The translations under genes and the position numbers were made by a program. Positions 46,453 to 59,961 of a DNA stretch of 64,000 nt are shown in pieces; the first letter of the stretch is position 1, and every line of letters starts with the position of its first letter. This stretch comes from the human T2T-CHM13v2.0 reference genome, Homo sapiens. The stretch lies in assembly GCF_009914755.1 (NCBI RefSeq), contig NC_060948.1. One strand, written 5' to 3'. The notes beneath the pieces were generated by a model, which ran no database searches, was not told the origin of the DNA, and worked only from the letters and a program-made list of their open reading frames with translations.

Positions 46453-49400
46453 CCCCTTTCCCTACCTTAACCCTCATAGCTAAACAATTAAAGAGGAATG
46501 CTATTAGAAGAAAGGTGCCAATGTGAAACCTGGTTTCTCTACTCATGAAATGTGTGGACAATGGCTTGGACAAGTACCACTCTGAGACTCATTTCTTTCA
46601 TCTTGGTTTTCAGGAATAAGGATAATATATATCATGAAGCAATGAACAAGGACTCTGGCCAAGCGCAGCAGCAAATAAATGGTAGCTATGACGGCTATTA
46701 TAAAAAATGAGAAATCACATGAAGAAGTAACTGCAAACACATAAATGTTCTTTACAAGAAAAGGGGACATTTTGTTCCTAAGAGATCCAGGTTGCTTGAT
46801 GGAGCAATTTTGGAGACTTAAACTAAAGCAATATATTACAAATTCCCCAAGAGCAGGAATTGTGTCCATCTCATTCTCTCTAACAAAGACTGCTACATTA
46901 GAGAACCCAACAGACATGTAATGAATACATTTTTATTTTGTTTTTAGGGAGCAGAGAGAAAATAACATACTGATAGCCCTAGAACCATTCTTTACATATA
47001 ATCATTTGGTGCACAAATTGACAAGACCCAGCCAGCCTGCTGAATGGAGCCATCTGGAGAGCTCTAAGTGTTTGGCAGTGGTAGCCCTATATTCTGAAAC
47101 CAGCTGGGGAATTAGCCAAGCCTCTGGTCCCACAGCATAGCCGTGGGGACTGGGGATGCTACAAAGCCTAGAAGAGTCTCAGAATTCTCTGAAGATGTTC
47201 CTATAAGCTCTGGGATCTCTGAGCTTAAAGATGATGTATTTCTGTGCCATGAGTCTCAAGATGGAACTTGAGTTCTACATTCACCACACACTCCCACTAC
47301 CCACTTCAAACTTCAGAACTGAGAAGTCATTAATAACTTCTTCAGCCTCATTTTCCTAGACATAAAATGAGAAGTGGGGAATGAGGGAAGTACCTTTCAG
47401 TTACAAAGGAGTGTATGTCTAATACCTCTGCTGAAAACAGAGTAATGTTTTTGACAAATATTAACAACAAAAACAATTATCATGAGGACATAGTGAGAGT
47501 TAATTATAACACTTAAAACATACAGGAATGAAGCAAAGTGCTCTCAGACTCTGAGGAACAGATGTTATGTGAACACAAGTTACTAATTTAGTTTATAAAA
47601 CCTTTGCAGCCATTTTAAGTTCCAACTCATGGTTGATGAATAGGAAGTGAATGAAATGATGTACTCATATTTATAGCATATTTATCATATTTTCACATAC
47701 TTACAGCATTTTATAGCATTTACATCTTTGTAAATGGTTCCATCTTTCAATCATTTAAAATATAAAATTTGGATAGATTTTAGAGACAATCATTTTATCA
47801 AAATCTCAAGAACCTTTAAATCACTAATAATGTACTTATATACATCTGAATGTTATATCTCACCTACTGCTGCATTCACATCTAGAAGACAAGTGGCTAA
47901 GACAAGAAGGCTAAGACATTGACTCACCACTTCCCAAGAGTCCCCATTCAATGAGCCAGGCCCTGTAGGCATCTGCGCTTGCAAGCCCTGTCTTAGAATA
48001 AAGACATTGTCTTCAGGATTTTAGATTCAGGTCCTCAGGAGGAGAAACAAAGGGTACATTCTCAGCATTCTCTGAGATTTACTTTCCCAGAAATGAAACA
48101 GCAAAGGCCAAAAGAATTGTTTTTCTTGCATCACTTGACCCTGAATTATCAGGGCTGATTCATTCAGTCACCTGTGCTGCTCATAAGTACTTGGGAGTAC
48201 AGCTTGCTGATATGGCCTAAGAGGAAACTTTTCTCAGACTCCAAGCATATGGTCAATTTGGAATGAAGCAGCTGACTGTAGCTCTCATCAACCTATGGCA
48301 TCTCTTCTAAGATTCACTAGAGGCACCTGTTCTAGAACAAGGACTGAAATAGTCTTGGGTAAGTCAGCAGCTAGAGAAGTGGGCTGTGGCCTGAGAGGCT
48401 CACCACAGCTCCACAAACACCCTCTCCCAGGCGTGTCTCTGGTGTCAGGCCCCAAGGCTTCTCGTGCCTGCCCTCCCACTGTTTCCCTTTGGACACTGCG
48501 TTCCAGTTGTTCCACAATGTCAGTAGTGGGGAGTTCCTTCCCCCTGTTTTTCTGCCTCTTCCAATCTACCCATCATGCCCAACCCAGAGCAAATGAGAGC
48601 CACAGAGCCTCCTTTTCTGAAGTACTTTTATTAACAATTTCCAGGTTAGAGATACAAACCAAGACCTGTAGACTTAGCTGGGCAATTATATAATTTGCAT
48701 ATACATTTTTCAGCTCCCTAGCAGATAGATAAGTTTCTTGAGATCTAGGAGCTCCTTACAGTCATCTTTGCATGGTGAAATTACATACACATGTTTATCT
48801 TAAAAAATCCAACTAAAAGGGATAAATGTTTACCACTTAAAACAGCGCCAGCTATTCTATTCAATAGGCAGATGTGCCCCAGAACGAACTTGAGAAGGGA
48901 GACGTGGAGTTCCTGTTCTCTCACTGTCAATTACCACAAAAGCCTCCCTAGATGCAAACATTTCACCACCCTAGGTGTGATTACAATGAATATTCACTAT
49001 AAACCCAAACCAACTTACCTTCCCAATGGGTTCACTGTTAGAAACAGCAATCTGATCTAGTCCTGAAGCAAGACATGCATTGGTCAGGTAGAGAGATGCC
49101 ATAGTATTAGATTTTATGGGCACTTCAAAAGATTTTCAAGGGTAACTTTGACTGTAGACATTTTCCACCTTCCACAAGAATTTTAGAATTGCAGCCTCTG
49201 TGTTAACTACAGCTTCTCCATGAGCCCACACCCCAATCCTCGGCCAAAAGGTGCCTGATACATGTCCACAGAGTCCCCTAGTTTCCTGGTCCCTGTACCA
49301 TGTAACGCATTACTCTATGGAAGCTGTAGCCAAATGACTTCAACTTATTCTTGACGAAAAACACACCAGTGACACTCTAGCTCCATGTGTGAAAAATGAC

Positions 49401-50792
49401 AATTCAACAGCTGAAAAATGGCAAGCACTATGCATTTTGGTACTGCACTTACATCTAAAACCATAGAACATCCTAGTATTAAACTACGCTCAGGAAACAT
49501 CAGAAAAGATGTTTTGATAACTGACTTCTCTTAGCCATCAAGTTTCAAGATCTTTAGCAACTCATTCTAAGAAAAACTACTTGAAAAAAAATGAAGGATC
49601 ACTTAACTATACTTTGAATTCAGAGTGATTGCAACTATATTGTCTGTTAAAAATCATTAAGTGTTCCAAAGAAAGAGTTCAGAAAATGGAGTACAAACTC
49701 TCTTTCTACTTATTCACTAAGTATTTCATATTCAGCTATTCATTCTTGAGTCAAAGTAACTTGACTCAAAGTAACTGACTTCAATAAATTCAATACACTT
49801 AGAATAAAGAACAATTTATAGTTAGATGTGTGGCTTGGCCTGCCATGGTAAAATGAAATGGCAGTTGTTAGAATTTTCAAAAGAAAAGATCAGGTGATTT
49901 TTCATGGATGTAAGTGAAATCTGTCAACATGGCAGTGAGCTCAAAGGAATGTTACTGCACTTGATAACTACTTTTGGAGTGACTCATTAATAATTTAGTT
50001 AGATTGGCAACAATGCTCTCCAATTACTCAAACACCACTAGAAAACATTTTTCATTAGGAGACTTAAATAAACTTTTCCTGCCTCATTCTCATTACTCCC
50101 CATGTTTGCCCAAAAGAAATCAGGCCCAATTTAAAAGTTGCTCCTCCAGAAACATTTCCTTTGTTTCTCTTCCGTTGAGATATGGCATCACCTTTTCCCA
50201 AACTCACATGGCATAAGACACATATCTGATTTAATTACTTAGACTGCAAGTACCTGGAATCCAGGCTGCATGTTCAATTGAACCATGTACTTGCACCCTC
50301 TAACTTCCCACCACATAGAGCTCCTAGCACAATACCCTGAAAAGAGTACACCTTCAGCAAGGTGTGAGTGAATGAGTGAGGGAATAAATGTGGGCTTGAG
50401 GGGTTCTGTTTGGTGGTTCTGGCATATCCCAAGGCACAGTCATTTGCTAAAAACTTAATGTGAACCCTTCAAACACAATTAGGTTGATACTGAAGTTCCA
50501 CACAGTCATCTCATGGTGATTCGTGGTAATGAACTTCATTTGGACCAGTGGTAATCTAGAAAGTGTGTCTACATCTCTTTGAATGCGCTCCACTTGAAAA
50601 ATATTAACCAAGCATTTCTTTCCCTTTTAGAAGCTAAGTCATTTCATTTAACAGCATCTATAGCTGTCAGAACTTTGGCAGACTTTGTGAAAAGTGTCAC
50701 TTTAACTGTCCGATTTAAAAATTAATCACAAAAGTCTTCCTTTGTTTTGTTTTTACTACTTAAACTCCCTATTGATAAAGAAAAAGTACTGG

Positions 50793-51146
50793 TTTTTGTT
50801 GTTGTTTGTTTCCTTCTTTGTTTTGTTTTGTTTTGTTTTGTTTTAGACAAGGTATCATTCTGTTGCCCAGCCTGGAGTGCAATAACACACTCATATTGCA
50901 CTGCAGCCTCCACCTCTTGAGCTCAAACAATCCTCCCACCTCAGCCTCCTAGGCCCAAGCAATCCTCCATCCTCAGCTGTGACTACAGGTGTGCACCACT
51001 ATACCCAGCTAATTTTGTAAATTTTTAGTAGATACTAGGTCTCACTATGTTGTCCAAGCTGGTCTGGAACATCTGAGCTCAAGAAAATCTTCTGCCTTGG
51101 TCTCCCAGATTGCTGGGATTACAGGTGTGAGCCACTGCACCTGGCC
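50793..51146 (-). mobile_element. AluJ-type SINE with (TTTTG)n tail
   Basis: Alu body with an internal duplication of the caatcctcc segment. Confidence 0.88.
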
Positions 51147-51917
51147 ATGTTGTTTTTTCGTTTGCTTATTTTTAAGATTGTTGGGGTCTTTTTCTCATAA
51201 TACAAAAAAAATGCAGTTATTGTATTTGCTAAGAGAGAAAATTCCTGTACTTTAAAATCACATTTTACAACGACTCTGCTTACAAAATTACCGAAGGAAT
51301 CTCTTTCTCTGGATCTGCTTGTCCAGGAGTGAAATGTTCATTAAGGTCATCAGGCAGGCAGTTCAGGAACTCTGGACTAAAGTGAGATCAAACCCAAGGA
51401 GACCGCCAACTTCTATTTCTTGAAAATCCTCCTGCATACAATGTCTCATTCCTTTCAATAGTTTGCTCATTTTTGTCTTCTGGAAAGTAAGTTCATTTGT
51501 TCATGCTATCTAAGTGGAAGTAAAGAACCTCTATTGAGCCCCCAGCTTCACTTCTGGCTTGTAATGCACTATTCCTGAAAGTGGTGGTTCTTATTTCTGA
51601 AGAGGGGCTGCCTCACCCATCTTGTCCCATCAGATAACTTAAGAGTTCAGCGCAAGCCAGGCAAATCATGTAGTAACAGCCCCTCATTGTAGCAGCTAGA
51701 AAACGGAGGCCCAGAAAAATCCACTGATTTGCCCCTTGCACAACACTACTTACCAGTAGCCTCATGCAGCCTAGAACACAGGCCTGCTGGCCACGAGTCC
51801 TGTGTTCTTTCTTACCTAGCCTGATGCTTACAGCTCTCCTGGGAGTAAAGTGGCAAGCCCCAGTAGTGTTGCTGAGTGTCAGGCATGAAGCCAGGCAAGA
51901 ATTAGGTCCTCCAAACC

Positions 51918-52080
51918 CTTGCTACTCAAAGTGCATGCCATGGACCATCAGCATCTGCCCCATCTGGAAATGAGTTAGAAATGCGGAGTCCCAGGCCTCA
52001 TCCAGACCTATGTCAGACTCTGCTCTTTAACCATATCCCCAGGAGACTCACAGGCACATTAAAGTTTTAAAAGCATTGCT
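51918..52080. mobile_element. MER5B-like element
   Basis: ccttgctactcaaagtg...ggaccatcagcatc...gttagaaatgcggagtcccaggcc...cacattaaagtttt. Confidence 0.75.
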
Positions 52081-52829
52081 ACATAGCAGGGGGGAAAAAA
52101 GGACACATCTTCGCCTTTTTGAGTTAAGCTCAGGCCAAATCCTGAGCTCACATCACCACCTATGGCAGATCACACTGAAGGATTCACCGGTGATCTGACC
52201 CAAATGGAATCGTCTCCTTTAAACACTAAGGGTAATTAAATAATCTGCAGAATAGAATCACTGGAGCCCAGTGGATGCCTTATATAATCCATATAATGCA
52301 TTTGTCAGTTTTGTTTCCTTGCTGATATTCTGACCTACTTACAGACTACTGAGGGGTAAAATGCAGGAAAGGTTGAGTAATAGAAGTGCTTCTTGATGGA
52401 ATGTCAAAGATATCCTCACCCACTTTTTTTCCTAAAGTGATTATCCACAAGAATTGTGGGTAAAGGGACACAACATGTGCTTCATGCCAGGATTAAGAAT
52501 GCAGGTATGGGAGTCAGCCTTCCTGGGAGCAAGGCAGAGCTCTACTTGCTGCCTCTGTGTGATCGTGACAACTCAACATTTGTGTCTCAGTTTTCTCACC
52601 TTTAAAATGGGAACAGAAATGACACTTATTTCATAGGTGTATGATACCAATGAAATGATAATGATCAAGCCTGGCATACAGTGAGTGCTCACTAAATATG
52701 AGCTACTGTTATTATACATATCCTATGTGTCAGTGTTGCTTAAAACCACTGAAGCCCCCAAAATAGTTTCTTCTTGTGATTGACCCAGATAATGATCAAC
52801 AGCCAATCGACATAAAGAAATCAATAATG

Positions 52830-53250
52830 GGCTGGGCATGGTGGCTTACTCCTGTAATCCCAGCACTTTGGGAGGCTGAGGCAAGAGACTCTTTTGAGCT
52901 CAGAAGTTCCAGACCAGTCTGGGAAACATGATGAAACCCATTCTCTACCACAAATACAAAAATAAGCCAGCATGGTGGCATGCACCTGTAGTCCCAGTTG
53001 CTTGGGAGGCTGAGGTGGGAGGATGGCTTGAGCCCAGAAGGCAAGAGTTGCAGTGAGCTGAGCCTGGGTGACAGAGTGAGACCCCATCTCAAAGGAAGAA
53101 AAAACAAAACAAAAGAAACCAATGCACATCCAGGCTCAGTGGCTGTAACCTGTAATCGCAGTGGTTTGGGAGGCCAAGGTGGGAGGATCGCTTGAGGCCA
53201 GGATTTCAAGACCATCCTAGGCAACATAGCAAGACCTCATTTCTACAGAA
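52830..53250 (+). mobile_element. AluJ-type dimer (52830-53118) followed by a left monomer/FLAM (~53128-53250)
   Basis: Two consecutive Alu starts; the second ends at ctctacag and is followed by (GA)n. Confidence 0.85.
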
Positions 53251-53453
53251 GAGAGAGAGAGAGAGACAGAGAGAGAGAGAAGGAGAGAGAGAGAGAGAGA
53301 AACTAATACACATAAAAGGCAGACATTGAGAAAAGTCTCGCCTTACCAAAAAATGTGTGAATTCTAGGTTTGAGCAAAGACATGTACCACCTTTCACAGC
53401 AAATTCTAATTTACACTGATGTAGACTAAGAGCCACAGAGCTTGATCAACCAT

Positions 53454-53580
53454 GAAGAAAGAAAGGAAAGGAAAGGAAAGGAAAGGAAAGGAAGGGAAGG
53501 GAAGGGAAGGGAAGGGAAGGGAAGGGAAGGGAAGGGAAGGGAAGGGAAGGGAAGGGAAGGGAAGGAAAGGAAAAGAGGAG
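53454..53580 (+). repeat. Polypurine pentamer array (GGAAA)n(GGGAA)n
   Basis: About 125 nt purine-only tract read directly. Confidence 0.95.
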
Positions 53581-54504
53581 TCAGTCAAGTCACACAACCT
53601 CATGCCTCACAGCTGTCCCTTGTGAGCACACCAGCCAAATGCTTTGTCTACCTGCAAAGCGACTTTAAAAAGAGAGAAAGAGGAGGAGCTGCTCTGCATT
53701 CTCTCTTTAAACTGTAGCACGTTATCATTCCTTCTATGATAGTTGGCCAAAAGACAAATCTGATTCCCTTTCTTAGACTTCATTTTAATTTTAATTTTTA
53801 TGAAAGCAGCAAAAACAAACTGCTCTCTCCATTCCATTCTCATTTTTTTAATTAATATTGTTCCTTTTGAAAGACTACCCCCATTTCTCTTTTCTTAATT
53901 AGGCCCAATCTAAATGTAGGCATAAACATTGAACTTGGCAAGGAAAAATGAAAACTATCCCCAAGCCCTGAAAATCTAAATCAAGACCAAACCAATTACA
54001 GCATTTTATTTAGGTGGGGTTTATATTTCGTATTTTTTTAACTGTTAAGTGATTGACAGAATTTATGGTAGGCTCAAAATGTTAAAGTATTTCCAGACTT
54101 TGGGGGAAGACATTAAGTTTGTATATAGCCTTTAAACAAAAGCATTGCATTTTCCAGCCATGCCTTTCAGTTCAAAAGTATTACACTTTTAATAGCTGCA
54201 TAATTCCGGACATATCCTTCTTCTGAGGAGACATTTTTCTAGCTAAGCTTAATGCAGTGAGTTAAAAGAGAGAAAGAATGTTAAACGGAACCCTCTACTT
54301 GCAGTTAGACATATGTTTGCTTTTCATTGCAGGACGCTAGGAAACCTCTCTGATTGTCTAACTTTTTGCCTCACCTGTCTGAGGGCAGAGGCCCTGAGGA
54401 CTGCATGCAAATTTCAACCCCCCAACCCCAAACTCTCACTTCTTCTCTGTTGAGCATAGCTTAGCCACAGCAGGATGCTACCTATTTACTCAGGGAGGCC
54501 TTAC

Positions 54505-54691
54505 CTGTCGGTTTTCTTGATGAGGATGGCCCTAAAGATATGCTCCAGGGGTGTCTTCTCCTGTCCATGGGTGGGCTGCACAAAGGGGTGCATGGCTGCC
54601 AGAGAGAAGCCCTGTTGGTACAGCTCCAGGAGTTGGGTGGGCAGGTCACACAGGGAGGTCAGCCTTACTGTTGAGGATCCAGGGAGCTCTG
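54505..54691 (-). pseudogene. RFTN1P1: RFTN1-like exon 3 (187 bp), open frame, intact splice sites
   Basis: Minus strand reads ctccactccag|CA GAG CTC CCT ... ACC GAC AG|gtaagg and translates ELPGSSTVRLTSLCDLPTQLLELYQQGFSLAAMHPFVQPTHGQEKTPLEHIFRAILIKKTDR, matching raftlin N-terminal sequence. Confidence 0.95.
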
Positions 54692-54895
54692 CTGGAGTGG
54701 AGAGAGGAGAGGCTCATCACAGACCCACTAGGACACCCACCCAGCCCTGCCCAAGTCCCTCTCCCCTTGCCCTCAGGGAGGATCCTCTAGGTTACTGCTA
54801 AAATGAGTTTGTCTCACTTTTTGCTGTCTTCAAACGTACTTCATAAGCAGACTGTCATTTTCCAAATCACCCAAAGACACTAATGATTGGATTCT

Positions 54896-55515
<620 letters not shown>

Positions 55516-56234
55516 TGGAATGTCTTAGATCCAGAGTCATCTTCTCAGTGATCACAATGAAAAAGTCATTTCCACCTTCTAAAAAAAGAAAAAAAAGAAA
55601 AAAAGAAAAAGAAAACAGAAATGAAGAAGGGAAGGGAAAAGAAGGAAAATACACTGAACAAATATAAAAATTCTAGGAGGCAATAAGTAGCATAAACAAA
55701 GTCAAAAGACAAACTTAAACAAAATTTCTGTGACCCTTAAGATAAAGGGCTAATTTCCTTAATTTGCGAAACCCTCCTTACCCCAAAATAAATTCTACAT
55801 AGGCAAAATATATGAAGAGGCAATTGCTTACAAAATGTAAAACGCTAACCAATATTTGAAAAAACATTCTATCTCAGCATTAGAATTACACAAATCAAAA
55901 CCAGGAATATTTTTACCTATTGAATTATTTTAAAATTTGGACTTCTAATTTACTTATTTTTGAGAAGGGGAAACAAAGTTCAAAATTCAAAAGGTACAAA
56001 TGTGTATTCAGTGAAAAGTCTACATCCTAGCCCTATCCTTTACCTCCTAGACATTTATTTCCATAGAGGAAATACATTATTATCTTTTTGTGTGTATATG
56101 CATTAACAATCAAAGTATTCATACAAAAGTCAATAGGTCTATATATTTCCCTCCTCTTCTACACAAATGTCAGCATAACATTACACACCTGGCTTTTTAA
56201 AATCAGTTTTTATCAATTAACAGGACACTTTTCA

Positions 56235-56543
56235 GGCAGCTGTGGTGGCTCATGCCTGTAATCCCTATACTTTTTGGAGGCCGAGGTGGGATTATCCCTT
56301 GAGGTCAAGAGTATAAACTAGCCTGGCCAACATGATGAAACCCCATCTCTACCAAAAATAAAAAAAAAAAAAATTAGCCAGGTGTGGTGACGCATGCCTG
56401 TAATCCCAGCTACACAGGAGGCTAAGGTGGAAGAAGCTCTGGAACCCGGGAGGCAGTGGCTGCAGTGAGCCGAGATAGCAGCACTGCACTACAGCCTGGG
56501 CAACAAGAGCTAAACTCCGTCTCAAAAACAACAACAACAAAAA
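56235..56543 (+). mobile_element. AluS-type SINE (Sq-like) within ancient L1M sequence
   Basis: ggcaacaagagctaaactccgtctc; flanks aacaggacacttttc / aacagtatacttttc. Confidence 0.88.
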
Positions 56544-56769
56544 CAGTATACTTTTCTTAGACACCATTTCATAGCAGTACACAGAGTGTTTTCTCAGTCT
56601 TTTCTACAGATCCATTGTGTGATATACCATGGTCTATGAAAACTTTTGCTTTTATAAGTAATCGTTTAGTGAAAAATATCATTCCTATATGATTTTGCAC
56701 ATGTGCGCTTGTAGTACATATAAAAAATAAATTCATAGATGTTGAATTGCTGGGTTAAAAATACATGCA

Positions 56770-56850
56770 TTGCGTGCATGTATCAAAACATCTCATGTAC
56801 CCTATAAATATATACACCTACTATGTACCCACAAAAATTAAAAATAAAAT
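56770..56850 (+). mobile_element. Short L1MA/L1PB 3' terminal fragment followed by (TA)n
   Basis: tgtatcaaaacatctcatgtaccctataaatatatacacctactatgtacccacaaaaattaaaaataaaa. Confidence 0.8.
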
Positions 56851-56871
56851 CAAAAATCAGAGGTGTAAAAA

Positions 56872-56904
<33 letters not shown>

Positions 56905-57315
56905 TATGTCATACATATGTCTGCATTGTAATTTTTTCAGATAGTGCTAGATTTCTTCTATACAGTACTATGGATTTATCTGGCATCAGTGATGTATAAA
57001 GTTGTTTGTTTTCCCATACTGTGGCTATTGTCAGTGGAAAAAAAAAAAATGATCCCTGTGAGATGTTAACTTATATTTCTCTTATTGTGTAATTTGTATT
57101 TTTTTCTTATTAAACATTTCACATTTAAATGCTGTTTCTCCTTCTCTGTGAACTGTCTGTCCATTATCTTTGCCTGGCATCCTTTTGGGTCATTGGACCT
57201 TTTTTCTATTGGTTTGTAAGAACTGTTTACATATTAGGAAATTTGGTTTCTATTTATCTGTCCCCGATTTGTTGCTTGCCTTTTGACTTTGTATATGGTG
57301 GGTTTTGCTATGAAA

Positions 57316-57418
57316 TTTTTTTTTTTTTGGACAAAGTCTCTCTCTGGTGCCCAAGCTGGAGTGCAGTGACACTATCTCAGTTCACTGCAAACTCCACCTC
57401 CTGGGTTCAAGTGATTCC
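57316..57418 (-). mobile_element. Alu right-arm fragment
   Basis: T tail, then ctggagtgcagtg...cactgcaaactccacctcctgggttcaagtgattc. Confidence 0.8.
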
Positions 57419-58844
57419 ATGGAAAACTTTTTAAATAAAGCTAAATTTACCAATCTTGCTTTCAATGGCTTCTGAGTTTTATGTCATAGGAGAAAGACCT
57501 GGAATTGTAAAACAGTTATCTTGTGAATTCTCATAAAACTTATTTCATTTTTTTGCATAAAAATCTTTGATTGATTTGGGATTTATCCCAGGTAAACTAT
57601 GCAATATGAATTTAACTCCCCCACACACCCACACACAGGGGTTTATCTATTTTTCCTCATTGATTTCAGATGCCATATATTATATGCCATTTATCATTCA
57701 TTATATTCCCAGATATGAGTTTATGACTGTGATCCATCAATCTATTTGTATAAAACACTACTTCAAACAATTTTAATTTCACATTATGTTTTAATATCTG
57801 GTTAAACCATTTCTCAAATTTTCCTATATTCCTGTTTATGTTTTGTATCCTCCTAATTTGTTTTTCTAAATGATCTTTAAAAAATCTGCTCAGTAAATTC
57901 CCTTTCCTCCACCAGAAAAAAACTTGTGGGTATTTTTACTAGGTCATGTTCAAATCATAGCTAACTGAAAATGAATATTTTCACCAAGCTGCAAGTTCCC
58001 ATGCAAGAAACTGGCAAAATTTTGATTTGTTCAAGTCTTCCTTTGGGTTCCTCTGGAGCATACTAAAGTTTTCTTCACACAGATAGTACATATTTATCAA
58101 GTTAATTTCTAGTTATCCTGTATTTTATTCCTATTGGAATACTATATTTTCCTTTTTCACTTCTGTAATATTCATTGTGTGTAAAGGTGTTGGGGAAACA
58201 GGCACGCCCCTTGTCATGGTGGGAGTGAACCTTTCTTGAGGGCAGGGTGATATTGGCCTTCATACCTAAAAATGCACACACTGTTTGTCCAGCAACCCCA
58301 CTATTGGCAGTACTTCTATGGCTGGAATCATAAATGCCTTTCAAGATATATGGACAAAGATATTTACTACTGGGTTGCTCTAGTAGCAATCTTAATTGCA
58401 GGAATAGTTATATACTGGAATATCCCAGTGATTAATCCTATAAACCATTCAGAAGATTAAAGTAAATCTGTTATGTGCTGATATAGAAACAAGTCCAAGA
58501 TACATTGCTAAGTTTAAAAAAAAAAGGTAACTACAGTGTTAATGGTATGGCCACTCTTGTGTAAATAATATTAGAAGGATGGACAGATATAAATAAAAAT
58601 ATTTTTTTTCCTGGAAGAAATCACAAAAACATCAACATTGAAGAGAAGGATTGGAGTAGGGAGGAAAGCATAGAAAGTGGTTTTTGCTTTATTTTATACT
58701 TTTGATCCCATTACCACCAACAGGAGTCATTTAAGTGGAAGGTTTATGAGTCATTTTTATTTTCCTCTTTATATATAAAAACAATATTATTGTTAAAATG
58801 TTTTTAATGTACTTTAAAAAATGTGCTTTTCAAATTTTCTAATT

Positions 58845-59399
58845 TTTCTTATTTATTTTGAGACTGAACCTCGCTCTGCCACCCAGGCTGGACTGCAGTG
58901 GTGCGATCACAGCTCACTGCAGCCTTGATCCCCTGGGCTCAAGTGATCCTCTTATTGCTTCAGCCTCCAGAGTTTCTGGGACTGTAGGCACATGCCAGCA
59001 TGTCCAGCTAATTTTTAAATTTCTTGTGGAGACAGTGTCTTGCCATGTTGCCCAGGCTAGTCCCAAACTCCTGGTTTTAAATGATCTTCCTGCCTGGGCC
59101 TTAATGTACTTTTTTTTCTTTTTTTTTTGAGACAGAGTCTCCCTCCTTCGCCCAGGCTGGAGTGCAGTGGTGCAATTTCAGCTCACTGCAACCTCCACCT
59201 CCCTGATTAAAGTGATTCTCCTGCCTCAGCTTCCTGAATAGCTGGGACTACAGGCACATGCCACCATGCCTGGCTAATTTTTGTATTTTTAGTAGATACG
59301 GGTTTCACCATGTTGGCCAGGATGGTCTCGATCTCCTGACCTTGTGATCCATCTGCCTCTGCCTCTCCCTAAAGTTCTGGGATTACAGGCGTGAGCCAA
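58845..59399 (-). mobile_element. Tandem pair of 5'-truncated Alus: AluJ-type (58845-59100) and AluS-type (59111-59399)
   Basis: Two Alu bodies separated by ttaatgtact. Confidence 0.88.
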
Positions 59400-59592
59400 T
59401 GTACTATTTTAAGAAACAAATTTTAAAACAAAACCTAGGGGTACTTAAGAACCACCTGACATCAGATACTGTAGCTGTCATTTCCATATATCATGCAAGA
59501 AATTGACAGGACAAAAAAATCTGCAGCAATGATTCACTCTAAAACAAGCATTCAGCATCCTGGAGAAGTCTCCATTAATAAGAGTGACAAAT

Positions 59593-59884
59593 GTAGGACT
59601 CATCAGGTAAGCAGAAAAGTATGCAATCTTTCCCCTGAAGGTACATTCAGGATATGCTGCTAGATAAACAAATCCAAAGGTAAGTCTCGTAAAGAATGCT
59701 AAGCCTCTCTGTATACCCCATGCATGGAAACCTGTCAAGGTAGGACTGGCCAGGTAAGCAGAAAAGTATGCAATCTTTCCCCTGAAGGGTATATTCAAGA
59801 TAGGCTGCTAGACAAACAAATCCAAAGGTAAGTCTGGTAAAGAATCCTGAGCCTCTCCATACTCGCCATGCATGGAGTCAAGGT
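59593..59884. repeat. Diverged ~147-bp tandem duplication
   Basis: gtaggact...caggtaagcagaaaagtatgcaatctttcccctgaagg...aaacaaatccaaaggtaagtct...ccatgcatgga starts at 59593 and again at 59740. Confidence 0.95.
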
Positions 59885-59961
59885 GTCTCATAAGCAGCTT
59901 CTTGGATGCAGGCGAGAGGGACTACTGCTCTAAAGCTTGTTCTGAACACCAGGGTTTACAT

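Noticed and set aside
53406-53717. Periodic ORFs (FPSLP)n and (KGREG)n
   Set aside because: Translations of the pentamer microsatellite.
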